NCBI GenBank assembly: GCA_973895155.1
Contig: OZ316895.1
Coordinates: 5,910,687 to 5,974,686, forward strand
DNA: 64,000 nt
Reading direction: 5' to 3'
Source: Marsupella aquatica
Lineage: Eukaryota > Plantae > Marchantiophyta
The position numbers and the translations under genes were made by a program. Below, piece after piece: positions 28,308 through 37,998 of the stretch. Positions within the stretch are counted from its first letter, which is position 1; each line of letters opens with the position of its first letter. The notes under the pieces are model-generated. The model did no database searches, had not been told where the DNA came from, and saw only the letters and a list, made by a program, of their open reading frames with translations.

Positions 28308-28835
28308 GATGGAGACCCAGGTTGAGCTCATCATCAACTTATACTCTTAAGAAAGAAAGCAGCAATTCGTTTTCCACTGAAAGAGATTCGAGATGTCGAT
28401 GGAGACCCAGGTTGAGCTCATCATCAACTTGTATTCCAAGAAAGAACTCTGCAATTTGTTGTCCATTGAAAGAGATTCGAGATACCAATGGAGGGCCAGG
28501 TTGAGCTCATCATCAACTTGTATTCCAAGAAAGAACTGTGCAATTCGATGCCACTGAAAGAGATTCAAGATACCGATCGAGACCCGGGTTGAGCTCATCA
28601 TCAACTTGTACTCTAAGAAAGAACGCAGCAATTCTGTTTTACTGAAAGAGACGTGATACCGATGGAGATCCAGATTGAGTTCATCGTCAACTTGTACTCC
28701 AAGAAACAATGCAGCAATTCGTTTTTCCTCCGTAAGAGATTCGAAATACCGATGGAGACCCAGGTTGAGCTCATCATCAACTTGTACTCCAGGCAACGAG
28801 AGAACAAAGCAATTCGATTCCGAGAGAGATTCAAA
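28308..28835. repeat. Tandem minisatellite, ~88-bp unit, 6 copies
   Basis: Unit gatggagacccaggttgagctcatcatcaacttgtactccaagaaagaa...gaaagagattcgagatacc starts at ~28308, 28398, 28488, 28575, 28661 and 28751. Confidence 0.9.
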
Positions 28836-30439
28836 GAGTCGCTCAATACGATTGTGCTCAGGAGAGTCCTGTGTGGGATGAGATTCCGTCAAAAAATAAT
28901 ATTGTTGCAGGTAGCGATGGAGGATTCAATTGAATTCCATGACGCAAACAAGGCTGATGATCTGGAGTGTGGAGGGCTTCAAGCTTCAAGTTGGTTACAG
29001 TAGTGTAGAATGGCACACTCTTTGTCTTTTTGAGTTCTCCTGTACAGGGATTGAACAACCACCATGTCCCTTCACCAATTCGTACTACTCAACTGTAGTA
29101 GTAGGCTTGCCATAGACTACAACAGGTGACAGGACTAACGGAAGGATCGAATTGTGTTCATCGACAAGTTGTTATGGATGTTAGTTAACTCTCTAAGTGC
29201 ATGCACCCCTGAAGAAGCATGACCTGATGTGCAATTAACAAGGGTTTGCACTATGTGATCAGTGCATACCCCTAGAATTGTGCACTTACTGATAAGAGCG
29301 CACCCTCCTTCAGCGAGCAGTCTTGTGAGTTGTGACACTCAAATTGTACATTCCTGCTCTAAATTAGGTGTACTATTTCATAGTGGATGTATTCCATTCA
29401 CCCCAAAACAAAACCCTCTTCGGTGTGCCCCATGTTTGGTGATCCCTCCCTTTTCCACTCCATGGTTCCATGGGTGTTCTTCACCCTCAACAACAGGTTT
29501 GTTTAGTGATGGCGCACCGGCTCCACATGACATGACTACCAGGAGCTTCTCATTTTTGTTGATCTTGGGTCTGTTTTCCTTGTTCCCCTCACATGTAGGT
29601 CATTCCCCTCTCATGTGTTCATAGTTTGTTCTCCCCACACGCCTTTGTAGTTTGGCTCACTTGCCAAGGGAGGTACCACTTCCTCTTGAAAATCCATTCA
29701 TTTAGGACAGCGTTTTTTTGACCTAGATGACAATTTTGCGTGTGCCCTGTGCGTTCCTATTGCCATATTGCTTGAGCTTGTTGCCATTGATTTCTCACTG
29801 CTGGCACTTTCCCAATAATTACTGTGCTTAACATCCCATTGCCTTGATCCAGCAGGGAATCTCTGGACTTTGTAATTCTGAATTCAGTGAAGTACAAATC
29901 TGGGTGGGTAGCTCACTCTGATTAATCTCTCTTTGAGTGTAAATTCTACTCTTCCCCACAACCTTCTTTGCAATAGTAGCTTGGACTCTGTAGAAATTCC
30001 AGTTGTTCATAGAGCAAACTGGTAGCTTCGTGATTTGGTTTGTGTTACCTGGAAATTTAGCAGACCACGTACTGTAGAGGACCAAATTAGACATATACAC
30101 TAATGCTTCTCAGATATGGACTTGAATGAAGATTCAAGCATATCAGATGAGGGGACGGTTTGGCAGGGTTGAAATCATGACTATATTGTTGCCTTTGCCG
30201 CAACCACAATGGCTATCATGACTATTGGAATGGTGTCTGCATTGGTACAATTATGGCTAAACAAATTGCATGGAAGGGATTGCCGAGCAGGTTTTGACTC
30301 ATTCCAGAAAAAGAAAGAGGGAAGATTGGGGGAAGATGGGGGCTAGTTTATAATCCTTTGGCACTTCCTCAACATGCAAGCTACCTGGTTTTCCATAGCG
30401 AGATCCTGACGAGATGGTATATTAGACCTAGAATTTGTT

Positions 30440-31290
30440 CAGTGAATTCATTCAGATGGATGACACTGAAAGATTCAAGGAGTATTCTAGAATGAGCCCT
30501 TCATCTTTCTGCCACATTTGTGAGATGGTGTATGCTGAAATGGTGACCAGGCCTCCTTGTGGATTGAGAGATGCACCAAAAGAGCGCGCTGCCAATGATG
30601 AACTACTGGCGGGACTACTGGTACAACGGCAGGTGACAGTGTCCAGCTCTAAGGAGGCTAAGCACAGGTTATCAGATTCTTGGCATTGTGAACTTTCTGG
30701 GTTCTCAATTGTGATTGCCATGGAAATTTATCAAGGCCATCAATGCTCGGCATACTAGACAGGAAATTAGATGGTCTGCGGTGCTGAAACAGAAGCATTT
30801 AAGGCAGGAATTTTACAAAAGGGATTCCCTAATTGTCGCAGAGCATTAGATGACACTCATTTCCCCTATAGCTGCCTCTTGAAGAACGTAATGATGATTA
30901 CTACAATTGGAAATATAATACTCAATTATTACACAAGCAATTGTTGATTTAAGTTACAATTCAATGATTTTGTACAGGTTGGCCAGGTTCAGTCCAGGAT
31001 AGTACATTGCTCAGAATCTCTGGATTTTACAGCTCAGATATGTACCAGCATTGGAACTTGAGGGGGCCACTTCACAGGTGCACAAACGGAGAGCATTTGA
31101 AAGAGCATGTTCTGGGTGATGTAGGATATCCATTGTTTGATTGGTTGATAACCCCCTATCCAAGGGGATTGGATGAGCATTTAGATGAATGGAACCACTT
31201 GCACTCGTCAGCCTGCATTGTGGTGGAGAGGGCATCTGGTCAGCTTAAAGGTGTCTGCAGAATTTGCAATGTCTCATCTCTTGTGCCTCA
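30440..31290 (+). pseudogene. PIF/Harbinger (HARBI1-like, DDE_Tnp_4) transposase remnant, frameshifted
   Basis: Fragments in shifting frames: FKEYSRMSPSSFCHICEMV, GFPNCRRALDDTHF, GWPGSVQDSTLLRISGFY, VLGDVGYPLFDWLITPY, WNHLHSSACIVVERASGQLKG. These match Harbinger motifs FRM, GAIDGTH, GWPGS.HD, GD.GYP and R..VE.AFG.LK. Confidence 0.85.
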
Positions 31291-32687
31291 CTAGAACGCT
31301 ATTGTGCAATAGGTGGGTGGACTTTAAAGCTGACTTTTGTGGAAATGGTTCATGGTCAATGAACGTGATCAAGTGACTCGGGGCCTGAACGACCACTAGT
31401 GAAAGCTGGAATACCTTGTAAGTAACTCCTTGCCCTACAAAAGCTACTTGTCCTTCCAGCGTATTTATTGCTTTTTATCCTTCGTCCGCCGAGAGTTTTC
31501 AGAGCATGCAAGAAATGAACTTTTAGTACATGTACTCCTATGAACCTGCAATTGTGTGCAAGCAAAAGATTGCATAGCTTCCTGCAAACTTTGATCCATC
31601 ATTTTAAAGTCAAAATATGGCTAGCATTATGATGCAAGAAGGGCAACCTAGCTTGTGTTGGCCTTATCATAGGGGGCCATTGCCAGGGTTGGAGTCTTCT
31701 TGTAGTGGCCAATCTGGTGTAATGTCTGTAAATTCTGTGCCTTTAATGTAGTTTCTTTGTCCCAAGAGATGCCTCAACTTGAACTGACTTTGGAATTTAG
31801 TACCACTAAATATTGTGCACATCAGGGTGAGGTATGTAACGTGCACAAGGAAACCATAGTGCCCAATGTAGAGTTCGGTACAGCTCAGGGCAGTTCCCGC
31901 AAAGACCAATAATCTACTCTGAATATTAAAGTTAGGTCAATTTGAGTAGAAAAGACCTTGATTCAACCACTCTAGAAGCACACAAAATGGAGAGAGTATC
32001 GCTATAGGAAAATCTTGAGAGAAACTTTAACTCTTGGACTCAAGTAGCCCAATTCCTATCAAAATAGAGAGATAGCTGCACAATTGCAAATCCTTTCAAG
32101 GATCACCCAAAACCCGTGAAGTATTCACCAATTCTCAGCAAAAATACAAACTAAGGAGTAGCAACAGAAATTGACAGTTGTGAGATACAATCTCAATCAA
32201 ATGATTGCTTCTTCAAGTCAATCTGGGCAAGGATTTTACGCTTCTCACTTTCCTGCTTGTGACACCAAAGCTATTACCATCTTTGCATTGGCATTCTTGA
32301 AGTGATCTTCAAGTCTATCTCTCTTCTATTTTTCAGCAAACGGCCATGTGTGGCAGGATGATTTGGGACTTGATTAATTAGACTCAGAATTCTTCTCTCT
32401 AGTGGGCAGTTGATTCCTCTCACTAGTTGTAGGTGGTGTGCTGTAATTCACCGCTTCTGGTTGTGTACCCTCATCACTTGCTACTGGTTGGGTACCTGCA
32501 GAACTTGCCGCTAGTTGTGTACTTTTTGCACTTGCAATTGGATGCCTGTCCTTCCTGAAGTTGTAGATGGTTGCCCAGACTCTCACACAACTCAACTGTC
32601 CATCAACTCCTTAGGTTTAAATTAACAGCTCTCCTACCATGGACCCAACACAGACTCCATCAGTTTATAAACCTCACTTTTGTATTG

Positions 32688-33080
32688 TAGGGGTAGCGAG
32701 GATCCGATAACTGATATCAGCGGCTGATATCAGTTATCAATTTTTCCGCTGAATTTTTTTTGAATCTCAGCTGATCTCGCCGAGATCGGCATGCGGACAA
32801 AAAAAATGGAAAAAAAATGAAATTATTTTCTTGAAATTTTCAAAACGAAAAAAACATTTGAAAAACATTTTCACCGAAATTTGGTGTCCGTATCGTACAG
32901 ATACCTGGCCATCTTGACTGGTCCCGCCGAGAAGTGATGTCTGTACGGTACGGACGCCCATAGTAAAAAAAATGAAAAAAACATTTCGCATTTTTTTCGG
33001 CGCCGCATCTTGGCGGCCTCTCTGAGATGATGTGGCGACTGATATCAGGTCGACTGATGAAAACAACTGATAACTGATGA
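32688..33080. mobile_element. Small MITE-like insertion with ctgatatcag / gataactga subterminal motifs
   Basis: Compositionally distinct ~390-bp block starting TAGGGG, with palindromic ctgatatcag repeats at both ends and poly-A/T runs. No complete TIR pair or TSD found. Confidence 0.35.
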
Positions 33081-33592
33081 TGTAACTTTACTCTGTATTG
33101 CAGAGAGAGCTTGAAACACTTCCTATCTTTAGACCCCATCTCAAAATCAGCTTGAAATAGACAAGTTGGCTTGAGGGAGGCCTTTTCTAGTAATTGTGAA
33201 TTTTCTTGATTCACACAAAGGGAACAATGTGTCACAACATTTGAACCCAAGACCTATCAGTGTCCACTCAAGTGAGCTACCACACAGCCATGCCTCTATA
33301 GGCTCTATAACAATTCTTATCTGCATTGACTTACACAATGCCACTGCATCTCTTGCAACCTCAACAACTTCCCTGGCAGTGAGCGACTTACAAATTTTCT
33401 TCACGAATGTCTGGGGTACTCAGTATACCTTGGAGACGCTTTCTTACGCCACCAACAACCATCCAAGGGGTTTATTATGTGACACCAACTCTTGCCAACA
33501 AGTCCCAAGTTGCCCATGAGTCACAAGAAACTTTAGTGGAGATTCCCTGTCCACTAGGTACTTCTGCTGGGGATTCAACACAATTATAATAA

Positions 33593-33790
33593 AGATGGAA
33601 AGTGGTTGAAGTGAGTTTGATGATTTGCATAAACAAAGCATTCATGACACACCCCTTTGATAGGATCAAAACTATTGCAAACGCCCAGTGGAAGGAGGTA
33701 AGTGTAGGACTGAAGTATGGCTTCAACATAAAGCAGACTTTAATCTGGAAGAAATGGGAGAAGTTGATGACGAATTTCTGTGGGGTTTTC
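33593..33790 (+). pseudogene. Myb/SANT-like (trihelix) DNA-binding fragment, typical of the second ORF of Harbinger elements
   Basis: RWKVVEVSLMI...NAQWKEVSVGLKYGFNIKQTLIWKKWEKLMTNF has the W...W...KW.L spacing of Myb/SANT-like domains. Confidence 0.5.
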
Positions 33791-34729
33791 AAAAATTTCC
33801 CCTTAGTTAAAAGAATTAAAAATATATATAAATAAAAATGCTTGCAGACCAAATTCCAAGGTCACTCACAAATCTGGAATTGGACTGCAGTTTGGGGAGT
33901 CTATGCAGCACTATCATTGATTGCTTCTTGTAGGTTATAATCATTCACTCTAGGACCATAAAATTTGATTCAATCCTAAGCAAATGCCCAAGTAAAGCAA
34001 TTGCATTGAGAGTGTGATGGTAATGATTCCAACTTGCAACCTTAGTGGAAATACGTCAACTTCAAGCTTGCAACCAAAACTCCATTAGATAGTAAAATTT
34101 CCATTGAGCCCTGTCATTCTTGAATCCGAGCGTAGAGAGATTTCATGAACACCACAAGATGAGAAAATAACTCATGGGTGGGAGATGAGGAAACTAAAGG
34201 AGTCTAAAGTGGCATTTGCCATCAAAGTTGCATTGAATAGACACCATAGCACAAGCCCACACTGGGTAGTGCACATGAGAAAATTTATGCAGCAGTCAGA
34301 AGGGGGTGGAACTACAATCATGAAGGCACATGATCGAGTCAGCCAGAAAGGGCCACCTAGATGCCTTTCTGTTGCAATCCTATTTGAGGGTACCCCCAAT
34401 ACAACAAATGCTTGTGATTTACTCCAACAATTTTGGAGAGGGTCACAAAATGGGATCAGTCAGAAAGGAGGGCCAATGTTTGGGGGGTTGACTAATAAAA
34501 AATTTTAGGAATCACGTGCGATCCAAAATATGTATTTTTGGCAGATTTTAACTAAATTTTTAAAAAGTGTAGGAGGCAAAAGAAGGTATTATAAACTCAT
34601 GTTTATAGAATATTCTTTAATATATACCCTTTATAAAGTAAAATAGGTTATTAATATTGAAAATAGAGAATATTCTTGGAATATTTTCTTTATAAAATAG
34701 GTCTATTTTTATTAGGCTAGGATCGCACG

Positions 34730-35059
34730 TGTCACACCATTATGAGTGGTAGTATAGGATATCGGACTATGTAGGTTTGAGGCTTTCATATGTGTGTTAT
34801 CTAAGTGGTTTAGGGTTAGTGTATGTTTGTGAGGGATAGTTATATATCTCTTTGTGTTGGCTCAAAGGTCTCATCTTTTGATGTTGAGCCTTTCGAGCAC
34901 AAACTCTAGCGGCTATGGTGTGGTTGTCTAGGTTGTGTGTACGTAATGTGGATTCCTTGAGGCGCAAGGTGCGTTTGGCTTGACATAAGTGTGTGATCGC
35001 GTCAGACAAGATTGTGTGTTTGATTGGCATCAATCGTTGCTCGATTATTCTTGAAGATT
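34730..35059 (+). repeat. Terminal repeat A1 (330 bp; contains TATA-like ttatatat at ~34840 and the self-primer at 34870-34884)
   Basis: Matches 43834-44163 with about 5 substitutions by eye, all transitions. Confidence 0.95.
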
Positions 35060-35074
35060 ACATCAAAAGATGAG
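35060..35074 (+). promoter_or_regulatory. Self-priming primer binding site (Tf1/sushi type)
   Basis: acatcaaaagatgag is the exact 15-nt reverse complement of ctcatcttttgatgt (34870-34884), which lies ~30 nt downstream of the TATA-like box. It starts immediately after repeat A ends. Confidence 0.85.
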
Positions 35075-35723
35075 CTTCAAACTCTGTTGTGCGGACTGTG
35101 CAGACAGAAGTTTGATTTCATTTTGGTTTTGTTGTTGACGATTCGTGGTAGCTCGGATCGGGTGTTGTTATTGAACGGATCGCTGGTATCTCGATCTATT
35201 GCAAGTTGGTGCGACGCTTGCGTAGTTCAAGTGAAGCTTCAAGTTGTTGTTGCTAAGTTGTGGTTTTGGAGTTGCGGTCTTCATCGATATGCGGTGTTGC
35301 ATCGTGGAGGATTGATTGTGTGATCGACAAGCGAATGTTGCTGTCGACAATTGTGTGTGAGACAGACGATGGTGTCTGGTCCTATTTTGTGAAGGGAAAG
35401 TAGTCGGATGTGCGACTCTTTGTGGTTTTGATTGAGGTGGTTCAATTGGGAGCCCGATAGTTGATTATGTTTACAATTTTTTGTAGGATGCAGTTCTGAT
35501 TTGCATCAAGTTCCTTGTTGATGGATAGTGCGTTTCTATGAAGGAAACGACGTTGAATGTTGGTGAATTGTGTTGGCAGCGCGCGACAAGATAAGGCACC
35601 GCGGAGAGGCAAGGCGGCTGTGACTTAGGGCACAGAGGAAACGACAAATACTGAATAGTGATTTTCCCGTCAATTGCGGCGTGTTTAGCGCATGACTTGA
35701 GCAAAGAGAGTTTTGGTGGGGAG

Positions 35724-36297
35724 GCACCCACAGCCCGCGGCCTGTGACCAATTCATCTTGGTTGTGTGAGTTGGCACCCACAGCCCACGGCCTGTGACCT
35801 CTTGCAGCTTGGCTAGCACCCACAGCCCACGGCCTATGGCCTCTCATAGTTTGGTTGTGTGGGCTAGCACCCACAGCCCACGGCCTGTGGCCTCTCATAG
35901 TTTGGTTGTGTGGGCTAGCACCCACAGCCCACGGCCTGTGGCCTCTCATAGTTTGGTTGTGTGGGTTGGCACCCACAGCCCACGGCCCGTGGCCTCTTGT
36001 AGTTTGGTTGCGTGGGTAGTCACCCACAGCCCACGGCTTGTGGCCGATTCATCTTGGTTGTGTGGGTTGGCACCCACAGCCCATGGTCTGTGGCCTCTTG
36101 TAGTTTGGTTGCGTGGGTAGTCACCCACAGCCCATGGCTTGTGGCCGATTCATCTTGGTTGTGTGGGTTGGCACCCACAGCCCACGGCCTGTGGCCTCTT
36201 GAAGTTTGGTTGCATGGGTAGTCACCCACAGCCCACGGCCTGTGGCTGATTCATCTTGTTTGTGTGGGTAGGTACCCACAGCCCACGGCCTGTGGCC
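35724..36297 (+). repeat. Tandem array in the element 5' leader, 12 copies of cacccacagcccacggcctgtggcc, period ~42-52 bp
   Basis: Core at ~35724, 35774, 35816, 35867, 35918, 35969, 36021, 36071, 36122, 36171, 36223 and 36273; internal inverted repeat ccacag/ctgtgg. Confidence 0.95.
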
Positions 36298-36315
36298 TAG
36301 GGTTTTGGAATCACG

Positions 36316-37998
36316 GAGTCTTCCAATAATGCAAAGCTACTTGGTGAACAACGGACTGGTTTCACTCAAAGTGGAGTGCAATTTCGGCCAACGACATTGC
36401 TAGCAGATACTAGTAGAGCTTCAGATAGTGATTCTGACGAGGGCTCTGTAGTCAACTCTCCTCATCATCAGGTAGTTGCACCATTGTTGTGGGATATGGA
36501 GGAGACGTATGGGTCCACTAAGGGCCCTAGAAGATACTCTGGTGCAGTTGGCACAATTGATTTGGATGATTTCATCCAAGAGTTTGATACGTGGTGTGAT
36601 ATGCAAACGATGCGTAACGCCACATTGTTTACACCTTTCATGGCATGGAAAGGGTTGTTTCAGCATTTGGAGGGTCCACCCATGGATGATTACCATGAGT
36701 TTCGGAAGACCCATTTGGATGATATTGAGATATGGAGACAACATTGGTCACCAAACTATGTGTCCATCACTTACGGCACAAGTGCGGTTTCTCAACCTAT
36801 TGCCCCGGCTGTTGCTTCTTCTAGTAGCACTAGCTAGAGTGGCACTCCACCAGTATCCACTGTTACTCCTACCAGTGCAATTGTGGGTGGGAGTGGAGTT
36901 GTGCCAACATTTAACCCTGTGGTGAAGTTCTTTGATGTGTTGAAGCAGAACTACCAGGGTGTGAGAACTGATAAGTTGAAGGGTCTTCAAGATTTTTAGC
37001 ACAAGACTGGAGAGAGTCTACGCGAGGCATATACTCGTATGCGAAGATTAATTATAGTCACCAAGGGAGTGACATAGGCCCAAGCAGTTCAATTTTGGTA
37101 TGCAATTTTGGATAGAAAGTTGCGGCGTAGAGTAAGAGATGCCACTCTATTGAGGGATTCAGATCCCACATTGGCTATTGTTTTTGCACTAGCCGAGCGC
37201 ATTGAGCTCAATATGGTGAATGAGAAGGTGGTGACTTCCGGATTTGTCAAGGAAGGCTCACCAAAGGTTGCATCTACACCCACACCGCAACCTATTGTAA
37301 GGAAGAGCCAGAGGGAGAAGCCTACAACACGGGAATCTACTAGTCAGAGACCTGTGCCCTCCTATGCTAGACAACAGTCAGGATGTTGGACTTGTGGTGG
37401 GGATCATGCACAAAGATATTGCCCGGATAATAGAGGGTCCGGAGGGGCATCTATGCCCGATCAACGATTATGTGATCATTGTGGAGTTTCTGGTCACACC
37501 AAAGATAGGTGTTTTGTACTCCATCCTGAACTACGACGGGGAGGATCGCGTACATATGATCAGGGAAGAGGAGGTAGAGGTGGTGGTCGTGGACGAGGGA
37601 TGCCACATGCAGGGAGACAACAAGGTGATGCTCCTGCCACTACCATAGATCCAAAAGATGCAAAGATTGCTCAATTGGAGCAACAACTAGCTGCCATGGC
37701 CAGTTCTCAGGTTAGACCTACTTCTGGTGATGGAACTTCTACATCTTATGGAGCTGACGGAGACTTGGCCACCATGGGATTCATGTGTGGCAGTGCCCAT
37801 GTTGACGCATTGGCAGCTTTGACTAGAGGAGCAACCAAAGTCCATGAGCCCCGAGGAGCAATGGTAGAGTTGGATCCTCAAAGGGGGGAGGCTCGTCAAC
37901 AAACAAAGCTTCCTCAATCGTTTACGTTGTTAGAGGCAGTTCACACTACCTCTATGAACCCGGTTAAGACAAATCCAAGTGTTGATAAGTCGGTATAA
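36316..37998 (+). pseudogene. gag: Gag of the DNMT-carrying element, two CCHC zinc knuckles, interrupted by three TAG codons
   Basis: One frame from ~36316 with TAG at 36835, 36997 and 37075. Contains RRYSGAVGTIDLDDFIQEFDTWC, KTGESLREAYTRMRRL, CWTCGGDHAQRYC, CDHCGVSGHTKDRC and an RGG-rich tract. Start codon uncertain. Confidence 0.85.

Noticed and set aside
28308-28835. CRISPR-like array, or coding ORFs 28347-28892 and 28653-29003
   Set aside because: Whole units are homologous (a tandem repeat); the ORFs are by-products of the repeat.
35724-36297. CRISPR-like repeat/spacer appearance
   Set aside because: Spacers are reiterated rather than unique, there are no cas genes, and the array sits inside a eukaryotic retrotransposon leader.
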